This document shows positions 45,665-53,373 of a stretch of DNA of 62,417 bases, piece after piece. Position numbers and translations under genes: made by a program. The stretch is from Candidatus Yanofskybacteria bacterium. Its GTDB lineage: Bacteria > Patescibacteriota > Minisyncoccia > 2-02-FULL-40-12 > IGHO2-01-FULL-4-A. Position 1 is the first letter of the stretch, and every line of letters begins with the position of its first letter. The DNA lies in assembly GCA_903897805.1 (NCBI GenBank), contig CAIUCV010000022.1, forward strand, positions 1 to 62,417. Reading direction: 5' to 3'. The notes beneath the pieces were generated by a model that ran no database searches, was not told the origin of the DNA, and was given only the letters and a program-made list of their open reading frames with translations.

Positions 45665-46021
45665 TTACTGCGATAACGGTAATTTCTGCGGAGGGAGAGG
45701 TTCTTCTTTCGGCCCGGTTCCGCCATTACCCACGTTAAATTCTGACTGCCTGCCCAGGATTAATTCCGAAATATTTGCTTTCAAACCGTTCCAAACATTA
45801 AAAATCGTTGCAAACGGCGAGGGGGTCTGGATTTTTGTTTTTTCGGCTAAAGCCCTTTCTTCTTGGGCCTGTCCGGGGTTAAGCAGGGCAACGAATCTTT
45901 GTTCCGTATTCCTGAACCCAACGAAGCCGACAACCGAAAAAGTTATAACCACCAAAACCCACATAAATGCTTTTCTTATGTGCTCCGGCTGCTGCTTGAT
46001 TTCGTATAAAATGCCTCGCAT
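45665..46021 (-). CDS. single-pass membrane protein, hypothetical
   Basis: One TM helix, FMWVLVVITFSVVGFVGF. 1-nt overlap with the upstream gene. Confidence 0.5.
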   Translation of the reverse strand: MRGILYEIKQQPEHIRKAFMWVLVVITFSVVGFVGFRNTEQRFVALLNPGQAQEERALAEKTKIQTPSPFATIFNVWNGLKANISELILGRQSEFNVGNGGTGPKEEPLPPQKLPLSQ

Positions 46022-46656
46022 TAAAGTTTAAAAATGACCAGTTTAATTTCTTCCTGCGGCAATGTTTTCTTGGCAATTCTTAAGGTTTCCACTTCTTCCG
46101 GTTTTATCCCCATCTCTTTAAGGAATTTCTGCGGCCCTTCAATGTCCATGTTAAGGCCGGGGATGTTGTAATGCATCGGGATGACGATTTTGGGCTCTAT
46201 CTCTCTGACAATGTCCGCCGCCTCACTACCATTAATTGTATACTTTCCGCCGACAGGAATAAACAGCATGTCAACGTCGCCAATGGCCTCAAGTTGCTCA
46301 TCGGTTAATTTGGCCTGTCCGAAATCGCCCATATGGCACAATCTCATATCCTCCATCCTTACGACATAAATGGTATTTAATCCTCTCTCAATGCCCTGTG
46401 AATTATCATGATAAGAAAGAATCCCTTCCACATAGACACCGGATTTTTCGTATTCCCCCGGACCGCGGATTACAAACGCCTCGCCCGGCGCACCTTCCAC
46501 GTTATCGTGGTCATAATGCTCGTGGGTAACCAAAAAAATGTTGTCATTAAGCCGCGGAGCACGCAGGCCGATTTCTTTGGAAAAAGGGTCAAAAAGCAGA
46601 CTGACGCCCTTTGACTCTACCCTAAAGCATGACTGTCCGTACCAGCTGATTGTCAT
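46021..46656 (-). CDS. MBL-fold metal-dependent hydrolase (UPF0173-like)
   Basis: MTISWYGQSCFRVE N-terminus and THEHYDH metal motif. Confidence 0.85.
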   Translation of the reverse strand: MTISWYGQSCFRVESKGVSLLFDPFSKEIGLRAPRLNDNIFLVTHEHYDHDNVEGAPGEAFVIRGPGEYEKSGVYVEGILSYHDNSQGIERGLNTIYVVRMEDMRLCHMGDFGQAKLTDEQLEAIGDVDMLFIPVGGKYTINGSEAADIVREIEPKIVIPMHYNIPGLNMDIEGPQKFLKEMGIKPEEVETLRIAKKTLPQEEIKLVIFKL

Positions 46657-46740
46657 AACTAAATTATATCAAAAATGAAAGGCAAATTCAATTGTTTGCC
46701 AAGTCCAATTAAAGGTGTTACGCTTTTGATTACTAACGGG

Positions 46741-47916
46741 ATGGAAATCAAAGAACAAATAAATTCGCCTGACTTTTCAATGAAGGACCTGCTTGCCAAG
46801 TCCGAATTTGACTTGCCGAAAGTCGGCCAGGTTTTGACCGGCGAGATTATAGGCATCAGCAAAAATTCGGTCCTGATTGACTTGGGCGCGCTTGGCACGG
46901 GGATAATTTATCCCGGGGAATTTTATGACAATCCCAATCTGCAAAAAGCCCTCAAGGCGGGCCAGCAGGTCTCGGCAATCCTATTGGACCTTGAAAACGA
47001 GGAGGGTTATCGCGAGCTTTCGCTAAGACAAGCCCAGATGACCACGGCTTGGCAAGATATTAAAAATAAAAAGGAGAGCGGCGAGATCATTGACACTAAA
47101 GTGATCAACATAAACAAGGGGGGGCTGATAGTAGAAATAAACGGCATTCAAGGATTCCTGCCCCTGTCGCAACTGCTGGCGGAACATTACCCGAAAGTTG
47201 AAGGCGGCGACACGGCGAAAATCGTGCAGGCGCTTCAAAAATTCCGCAATCAAGACATTAAAGTCAAAATCATAGATTTTTCGGAAGGCGATAACAAACT
47301 TATAGTTTCAGAAAGAGCGATCACCGACACCCAGCTGAAAGAAGAAATAGCAAAACTTAAAATCGGCGATGTTGTTGATGCTGAAATCACAGACGTTACC
47401 GATTTCGGGGCATTCGCGCTGATAGGATCCCCCGCCGCATCCCAAACGGACGTTACGGCGGAACAGAAATTACTCTTGGAGGAGGGCCGAGAAACCGGTG
47501 GCAGAGGGAAAATTGAAGGACTCATTCATATTTCGGAGATTGATTGGAAGCTTATTGAAAACCCCCGCGATTTTTTGCAAGCCGGCCAAATCGTGAAAGC
47601 AAAAATAGTAAACATCGAGGGTAATAAGGTCTCGTTGTCACTCAAGGCGTTAAAGCCGGACCCCTGGGAAAAGATCGAAGAAAAATATACGGTAGGACAA
47701 ACGATAAACGGAGATATCGCCAAAATAACCAATTATGGGGTGCTGGTCCAACTGGGCGAGGAAATCTATGGTCTGGTGCCGGTGTCAGAATTTGGAGACA
47801 AAAAACCCGGCGAATCATTAAAGATCGGCGACAAACTGAACGTAGCTATCGTCTCAATTGACCCGAAAGAGCACAAATTACTCTTAACTCTTCAAGAAGA
47901 AAAAAATGACAAATAA
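46741..47916 (+). CDS. rpsA: ribosomal protein S1 (four S1 domains)
   Basis: Repeated S1 OB-fold motifs (GQVLTGEIIGI, GEIIDTKVINI, GDVVDAEITDV, GQTINGDIAKI). Start taken at the ATG at 46741. Confidence 0.85.
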   Translation: MEIKEQINSPDFSMKDLLAKSEFDLPKVGQVLTGEIIGISKNSVLIDLGALGTGIIYPGEFYDNPNLQKALKAGQQVSAILLDLENEEGYRELSLRQAQMTTAWQDIKNKKESGEIIDTKVININKGGLIVEINGIQGFLPLSQLLAEHYPKVEGGDTAKIVQALQKFRNQDIKVKIIDFSEGDNKLIVSERAITDTQLKEEIAKLKIGDVVDAEITDVTDFGAFALIGSPAASQTDVTAEQKLLLEEGRETGGRGKIEGLIHISEIDWKLIENPRDFLQAGQIVKAKIVNIEGNKVSLSLKALKPDPWEKIEEKYTVGQTINGDIAKITNYGVLVQLGEEIYGLVPVSEFGDKKPGESLKIGDKLNVAIVSIDPKEHKLLLTLQEEKNDK

Positions 47917-48055
47917 AAAGCGGGGGGCAGGCAAAATCATCACGATTGTACGCGGACCGATGAAGTTAAAACCTACTCAAGCGCACAAAAACAAAAGAGC
48001 ATACAGCCGCAAAAATGAAAAAATGAAATTAAAATCTTTGATTGAAACTTCATAA
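47906..48055 (+). CDS. 49-aa basic peptide, weakly ArfA-like
   Basis: MTNKKRGAGKIITIVRGPMKLKPTQAHKNKRAYSRKNEKMKLKSLIETS. The ATG overlaps the rpsA stop by 11 nt. A terminator follows. Confidence 0.35.
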   Translation: MTNKKRGAGKIITIVRGPMKLKPTQAHKNKRAYSRKNEKMKLKSLIETS

Positions 48056-48066
48056 ACAAACCCCCG

Positions 48067-48084
48067 CCCCGCGTAAACGCGGGG
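48067..48084 (+). terminator. GC hairpin terminator
   Basis: CCCCGCG-taaa-CGCGGGG followed by a weak T tract. Confidence 0.5.
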
Positions 48085-48090
48085 CTTCTC

Positions 48091-48119
48091 TTGACAATCG
48101 CTTACTATTAATGTAAAAT
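48091..48119 (+). promoter_or_regulatory. near-consensus sigma70 promoter
   Basis: TTGACA, 17-nt spacer, TAAAAT. SD AAAGGAGG lies before the ATG at 48176. Confidence 0.7.
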
Positions 48120-48175
48120 TAAGGCGACCTAACTGCCCCGTTATTTCAAAACTAAAAAGAGGGAAAAGGAGGAAG

Positions 48176-48925
48176 ATGGCAGAAACCCAGACAAATGGCG
48201 GCTTGCCGCCGCAAATTTTAAAACAGCTTCGCCTGATCAGAGAGAAATTCTCGCGGGATATTCTCCCGCAGATAAAAGCAAAAAGATCCTTTGTAAGCAA
48301 CGGCGAAAAAAGACGGGAAAAGACAAGAAGACCTTCTTGCCAAAAGTCCGCCATCAGATTCAGCACCTTCGCCATGACTTTGAGCAACGATTTGCCGGAC
48401 GTCCAATCTCCCATTTCTAAGAACCGACCCGTTCGGATGACGGCTATACCGAGCCAGACAGGCCAACTCGTCAGTGTCTTCGTCGTCGCCATAGTTACGA
48501 CCGATCCTCCGATTTATGTCTTCCAGAAAATTCAAAAAAAATCCGCCCCGGGTTTCCCCGGCGGCGGAATTGAAAACGGCGAGACAATACTCCAGGCCGC
48601 AGTGAGGGAATTTCTGGAAGAAAGCAATGGCGGAGATCTCACCAAAGGCATCAACATCGTTTCCTACAATCCTCTCTGCATCGGGAAATTCGTTCTTGAC
48701 AGAGCGGTGAACGGCGAACAGGGAGCGATAGTTCTCGTAGAAATCCCCGAAAGCGAAATTGCAGACCTCAAAGCCGGCGGCGGCGTTGAAGACGGGGAAG
48801 TAGTTGAAAAATTGTTCTTTTGGACCTTTGATGAGGTCTCGGAGAAAGCGGAGAGTAGAGTTATCCTCCCGAATGCAGTCAAGATTTGGGATCTATACTG
48901 TGATCATCTGGTCAACGCGCCATAA
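48176..48925 (+). CDS. Nudix hydrolase with a ~90-aa basic N-terminal extension
   Basis: Nudix box GGGIENGETILQAAVREFLEESNG. Promoter and SD support the long start. Confidence 0.8.
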   Translation: MAETQTNGGLPPQILKQLRLIREKFSRDILPQIKAKRSFVSNGEKRREKTRRPSCQKSAIRFSTFAMTLSNDLPDVQSPISKNRPVRMTAIPSQTGQLVSVFVVAIVTTDPPIYVFQKIQKKSAPGFPGGGIENGETILQAAVREFLEESNGGDLTKGINIVSYNPLCIGKFVLDRAVNGEQGAIVLVEIPESEIADLKAGGGVEDGEVVEKLFFWTFDEVSEKAESRVILPNAVKIWDLYCDHLVNAP

Positions 48926-48957
48926 TTCTTTGTTCCGGTTTCTACTGAAAAAGTCAA

Positions 48958-48978
48958 AGCCCCGACACTATCGGGGCT
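48958..48978. terminator. bidirectional terminator between convergent genes
   Basis: AGCCCCGA-cacta-TCGGGGCT flanked by A/T tracts. Confidence 0.6.
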
Positions 48979-49013
48979 GTTTAATTTCAAAAAAACAAAA
49001 AAGTACTAAAGAA

Positions 49014-50393
49014 CTATAGACTGATCACGGTACTAATCTGGCCCGGAATCAGAGAATCCGCAAACGGCCTGAAGACATCCATCGCCAACCGTTTGGATTC
49101 TTGAGTACCGTGAGTTGCCACGATTTTCTCAAGTTTTTTCCCTCGCCGGCTGATGATTTTCTTCACCATCTCAACCGTTTCCCCCAGCCCGCCATGAGCG
49201 GAGAGATGAAAATGGCAAGCACCGCATTTTACTTCATATCTCTTCTTTATGTTGCCTTGTTCGTCTTCCAACACGACGTGGGTAACACGACCAGTTTCTT
49301 TTCTTTTCTCAATCTTCTGTAGCAACTTCTCCATTGTACACCCGGGCACAAGCCACGAGGTGGCGACAAACTCAAAGTTCGGATTTTCCAGACCTTCCTC
49401 AAGATAATATCTGACCGGCCCGCCATCGCCGAAACCGGCAGGGGTTACGATAACCAGCGGCCCGCCGTTCGCAAGCAATTTCTCTCTTTGGGCATTACCG
49501 CCTTCAATGAACTCCACGTCTTCAAGAGAAAAATCCTTGTCACGGGGCGACCATCGGTTTTCTTTGAAAGTTCTGAACATCCTAACACCGCTACCATCGG
49601 CATAGACGGGTCTGATGCCGGCTTTGGCCAAGGCCAGAGCGACGTTCTGCTCCCGGCCAACGGCAAAAGCAGCGATGATCACAACTTTCTTTTCTGTTAA
49701 GGACTCGCCGACACGATTTACTAACCGCCCCATTTCCAAATCGTAATCCAATCGGGTTAGGGACGGGTTGGTCAAATCGGTCACGGCAATTATGTCAGGC
49801 AGCCATGAATCGGGAATTCCGTCGGGCAGTGAACTACTGCCGACGACTTCCTGTTCGTGCCAGCCCATGTCCCCGCAAAAAAGAATCTTTTTGCCCGAAG
49901 GCATTTTAATAATCAGAAACAGCGCGCCGGGAATGTGGCCAGCCGCACCCGTGAAAGCCCGAACGCCGGGCAGAATTTCAAATTCCCCAAAGGGAATATT
50001 TTTCAGCATCTCGGCGGTTCTGTTAATTGAAGAATGAAAATCGCTACCGACGCCGCGACACCACGTTTCATACAGAACCGCGGGCAGAATAGCATTCGTC
50101 TGGGGCGAGCCGTAAATTGGCGCTCCTTCGGCGAAAAGGTTATTCTCCGAGGCAAGACCGACACAACCCACATGGTCAAGATGGGCATGAGTCAGAACCA
50201 GCGCCGAGAATTTCAACCCTTCTGATTTCATCAAAGAAAAATCCGGGAATCCGTATCTGCCTCTCGGCAATAATTCAAGACCGCAGTCCACTCCAATGGC
50301 TTGGTCTCCGATCTGGAGCGCCACAGAGGATGGACCTAGGCCGTCATTTTTATTTAACGAACTGCCTCCAATGTAAAGTAACCTTTCGCTCAT
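49014..50393 (-). CDS. beta-CASP family MBL-fold nuclease
   Basis: HAHLDH motif, later CGDMG, HLSAHGG and ATHG motifs in beta-CASP order. SD AAGGAG lies before the ATG at 50393. Confidence 0.75.
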   Translation of the reverse strand: MSERLLYIGGSSLNKNDGLGPSSVALQIGDQAIGVDCGLELLPRGRYGFPDFSLMKSEGLKFSALVLTHAHLDHVGCVGLASENNLFAEGAPIYGSPQTNAILPAVLYETWCRGVGSDFHSSINRTAEMLKNIPFGEFEILPGVRAFTGAAGHIPGALFLIIKMPSGKKILFCGDMGWHEQEVVGSSSLPDGIPDSWLPDIIAVTDLTNPSLTRLDYDLEMGRLVNRVGESLTEKKVVIIAAFAVGREQNVALALAKAGIRPVYADGSGVRMFRTFKENRWSPRDKDFSLEDVEFIEGGNAQREKLLANGGPLVIVTPAGFGDGGPVRYYLEEGLENPNFEFVATSWLVPGCTMEKLLQKIEKRKETGRVTHVVLEDEQGNIKKRYEVKCGACHFHLSAHGGLGETVEMVKKIISRRGKKLEKIVATHGTQESKRLAMDVFRPFADSLIPGQISTVISL

Positions 50394-50419
50394 TTCTCTC
50401 CTTTCTCTTGTTTTTGAGA

Positions 50420-50570
50420 GGTGAATAGTATCTTCTAGCACCGTTGAAAGGGTGGATTGCATGGTCGCCGAGCAGTATAATATCTCATCACTGCGAGGCG
50501 AATCCACGCTTTCAACGGAAGGCAGTCCGCTCGCTGGGCGGATAAATGGTGATAGAAGATACTATTCACC
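50420..50570 (-). promoter_or_regulatory. 151-nt palindromic leader in the 5' UTR of the beta-CASP gene
   Basis: Perfect 18-bp arms GGTGAATAGTATCTTCTA (50420-50437) and TAGAAGATACTATTCACC (50553-50570). Inner arms 50439-50460 / 50498-50518. A 32-nt bulge lies on one arm. Confidence 0.6.
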
Positions 50571-50598
50571 GAGCCTAGTTTTTAATGGACTTTCTGTC

Positions 50599-50627
50599 AT
50601 TTTAGCATACCTATTGACATAGGTCAA
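50599..50627 (-). promoter_or_regulatory. near-consensus sigma70 promoter for the beta-CASP gene
   Basis: On the minus strand: TTGACC (50627-50622), 17-nt spacer, TAAAAT (50604-50599). Confidence 0.6.
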
Positions 50628-50642
50628 GGGTTTTGCTATAAT
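50614..50642 (+). promoter_or_regulatory. consensus sigma70 promoter for the high-GC operon
   Basis: TTGACA, 17-nt spacer, TATAAT. Its spacer overlaps the -35 of the divergent promoter. Confidence 0.7.
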
Positions 50643-50709
50643 CAAAGTGGATGATGGAAAGCGCATCAGCTGAGCGCTTTTCTCATATCTTTCACAAAGG
50701 AGGCCAGAA

Positions 50710-51702
50710 ATGGCCAGCAACCAGAACCCGTCGACGAAAGCCGGCGAAACCGAAATCATCACTGCCCGCCGCGAGGCGGCAGCAAAGCTACTTCCCCTAT
50801 TCGGCGGAACAACCGCCGATGGGAAAGAAGCCGTGGGAGTGTTCCACACCCACGGCATCGCGGCCGTAATCGGCTCCGGTGCCGAAAACAAGAAACTTGT
50901 GGACGAACTGCGGAGCAATCCGCACGCTAAGACACTGGCAGTTATTGCCGCGGCCCGCGGCAACAAGAACTTCTCGCCGGCGCTGGTTGCGGAACTCTTT
51001 TCCCGACCCGAAGTGGACGAGGACAATGACTGGTTCGCCAAGGTTTTCTTGGGCGGGCTGGCCGAGATCTTTGACGCAACTGGTGTCGCCCTGATACTAC
51101 CGCCCAGCCAAGCCGGGTTGGACATGGTTCGCGGCGCATACAACGTCGTCAGCCACCTTTCCGAGGAGGAAAGGAAAAAGCTCGGCCTCTGCGAGGCCGA
51201 CGAAGCCCCCCGCCGCCAACTGGCGGTGGATTTGATGGCCATCCTCGATGAGGAGAAGCCGGCTCCGCTGACTCCGGCTCAGCAGTTGTACCGCTGGGCA
51301 GTACGGAAGTGGAATGCTCGGCAGGTCCGGCGGGATGTGAATGCTGCCGCCAATGATGCCGCTGCGGCTCTGCCGTCGGCGACGCCAGCCCCCGAGCCGG
51401 CCCCGGCACCTGCCGGACCGGCCATTCCCGACCTCACTGCCCTCACCGGCGGCGACAAGTCTCTGGCCAGGGTGCCCTGGGGAGTTAAGAAGGTTGCCGT
51501 GCCCCCGGCCGCCCCGCCGGCCGAGGCGCCCAAGCCCGCCGCTCCCACGGCGGAGGACGAGGACCGCGAGCTCGTGCTCGCAGCCATTCAAAAGGCAGCG
51601 GATAGCGGAGACGTTCCCGCGAAAGCCTTCCTCAAAGTGAAGGGTGAGAGGGCTACCATAGCCGAGATGACGGCTTTTGCCACCCGCAAGGGCCTTCTCT
51701 AA
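50710..51702 (+). CDS. ORFan protein 1 (330 aa) of the high-GC island
   Basis: SD AAAGGAGG. 61 G+C in the first 100 nt, GC3-rich codons. PAPEPAPAPAGPA linker. No motif recognised. Confidence 0.7.
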   Translation: MASNQNPSTKAGETEIITARREAAAKLLPLFGGTTADGKEAVGVFHTHGIAAVIGSGAENKKLVDELRSNPHAKTLAVIAAARGNKNFSPALVAELFSRPEVDEDNDWFAKVFLGGLAEIFDATGVALILPPSQAGLDMVRGAYNVVSHLSEEERKKLGLCEADEAPRRQLAVDLMAILDEEKPAPLTPAQQLYRWAVRKWNARQVRRDVNAAANDAAAALPSATPAPEPAPAPAGPAIPDLTALTGGDKSLARVPWGVKKVAVPPAAPPAEAPKPAAPTAEDEDRELVLAAIQKAADSGDVPAKAFLKVKGERATIAEMTAFATRKGLL

Positions 51703-51781
51703 CGCTTTCCGCCCCCGCCCTTTTGACGACAACGCCAAAAGGGCGGGGCGCTCGACCTGTTCTTTCTGACAACTTGACTCC

Positions 51782-51816
51782 GACCCACGGTCCGCCTGCC
51801 GTGGGTCTCTTTTTTT
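51782..51816 (+). terminator. intrinsic terminator
   Basis: GACCCACGG-loop-CCGTGGGTC followed by TCTTTTTTT. A second GC hairpin lies at 51712-51749. Confidence 0.75.
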
Positions 51817-51833
51817 GTCCAAAACACCAGCCC

Positions 51834-51862
51834 TTTACAAAGCCCTTATTTTGATATATAAT
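51834..51862 (+). promoter_or_regulatory. near-consensus sigma70 promoter
   Basis: TTTACA, 17-nt spacer, TATAAT. SD GAAGGAGA lies before the ATG at 51904. Confidence 0.65.
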
Positions 51863-51903
51863 ATAACTAAGGCTTTGATTTACATACACAGAGAAGGAGA
51901 CCC

Positions 51904-53373
51904 ATGAAAGAAGAAGCCGCTGTCGCCAAGCGCGATGGCGAGGAAGAAACCAGACGAAAAGAAGGCAACGAGAGCCAACTTGTAACGGCTCTCGCCGAAA
52001 TCTTGGGGTCACCCGACCCCGAGACTGTCTTCCTAGATGCCGTCAGTAACGGTGTCGTCCCAGACGATGCTTGTCTGGAACTCGCCGAGCACCTCGGTGA
52101 GTTGGTCAAAGCTGTGAACTTTGACAACCGCGTTGAGATTGTCTTCGCTCTCCACGAGGGCGGGGCGATCTCCGGAAAGACCGAGCAGTACCTCTTGCTT
52201 GCCATTTTGGAAATGGATGAGCAGGAGGAGGGTTGGGCTACAGACGATCCCGAAATCACAATTCAAACGCCAACGTTTGAATCCCCCGCTCCGGCGCTCC
52301 AAGCACCGCTGGCAAATCCTGTTGCCGACCTCATCAGGTCGGCGGCCGAACTGCAAACGCAGTTCGGTACTGCCACTGCTGTGCCAGAGGAGAAACTCTC
52401 CGAAATCCGGCAAGCGGTCGGGAAATTGGCGGAGGAGGAATTTAGTTCTCTCCGTCAAATCCTCGGCTCGGCGATCCTCGCCCAAGCTGAGGTTCCGGCT
52501 GCAGAGCGAACGGTTGATGTCGCCGCTAGTTTAGACATCGTGGGAATCCTCCTCGGCCAGAGGCAGACAGAGCTGACCGCTGCCGCATTCGCTGTTTACG
52601 AGGCCTTGGTTCGTGAGGGCTTCCGCTTGACCCATCGCAATGAGTTTGACCGCCCGTTGATGACGGTCAGCTCAATCACTTTGCTCCGGAACCGTTTCCA
52701 AAGGTGGCTGGATTCACACGAGCCCGGTCTCGGCGTAGACGAATTGGTTTTGGCCCAAAGAGCTAATGCTACGCTTGAGAATTTTTTGCTGGCCGCCGCG
52801 GACGACTACATCAAAGCAACTATTCGCCGCGACCACGCAACTCGGTTACGCGAGCGAATCATCTCCTCCCATATCCGCATCCTAGACGAGGTCAACGAGG
52901 AGCTGATCGCCGCCCAACCGGCAACTAAGGAGGAGGCCCTTCAGCAAGTTCAGGACAACCTCCACGCGAAGCGGACCGAACTCGCTTCCGAGCTCCGGGC
53001 CGCAGGTTCCGCAATCCTCGGTGAGGCCGAGGCGGTGATCCGGCGGGTTCTTGACCTTCACTCGGCAAATACCGCTTTGCGGCACGAATTGGCCGAGTTG
53101 GAAGCCAACGATTACGACCCGCTATCCCAGCGGCCAATACTCTTGGGCCGTGACAAGCAGTTGGCCTACTTCGAGCTTGAGCGGAAGGAACTTGATTCCA
53201 TCCGACTTGAGCTGGAAACGGCCCTGAAGGAAGGGCCTGATGCCAACCGTAACGGCGACCGAAAAAAGCTTCAGATCCTGTCGGTCATCACGGCCGGCAA
53301 GCTTCAGGAGCTTGACCAATTGATCGCGGGTCTTCGGCCCGCACCGACAGTACTGGAGGTTCGTCATGGCTAA
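51904..53373 (+). CDS. ORFan protein 2 (489 aa), acidic and helix-rich
   Basis: High-GC coding frame. Long Ala/Glu/Leu/Arg segments suggest coiled coil. No catalytic motif recognised. Confidence 0.7.
   Translation: MKEEAAVAKRDGEEETRRKEGNESQLVTALAEILGSPDPETVFLDAVSNGVVPDDACLELAEHLGELVKAVNFDNRVEIVFALHEGGAISGKTEQYLLLAILEMDEQEEGWATDDPEITIQTPTFESPAPALQAPLANPVADLIRSAAELQTQFGTATAVPEEKLSEIRQAVGKLAEEEFSSLRQILGSAILAQAEVPAAERTVDVAASLDIVGILLGQRQTELTAAAFAVYEALVREGFRLTHRNEFDRPLMTVSSITLLRNRFQRWLDSHEPGLGVDELVLAQRANATLENFLLAAADDYIKATIRRDHATRLRERIISSHIRILDEVNEELIAAQPATKEEALQQVQDNLHAKRTELASELRAAGSAILGEAEAVIRRVLDLHSANTALRHELAELEANDYDPLSQRPILLGRDKQLAYFELERKELDSIRLELETALKEGPDANRNGDRKKLQILSVITAGKLQELDQLIAGLRPAPTVLEVRHG

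Noticed and set aside
47977-48492. 171-aa minus-strand ORF antisense to the Nudix gene start.
   Set aside because: It overlaps the plus-strand promoter, SD and N-terminus of the Nudix gene. It has no SD of its own and no recognisable motif.
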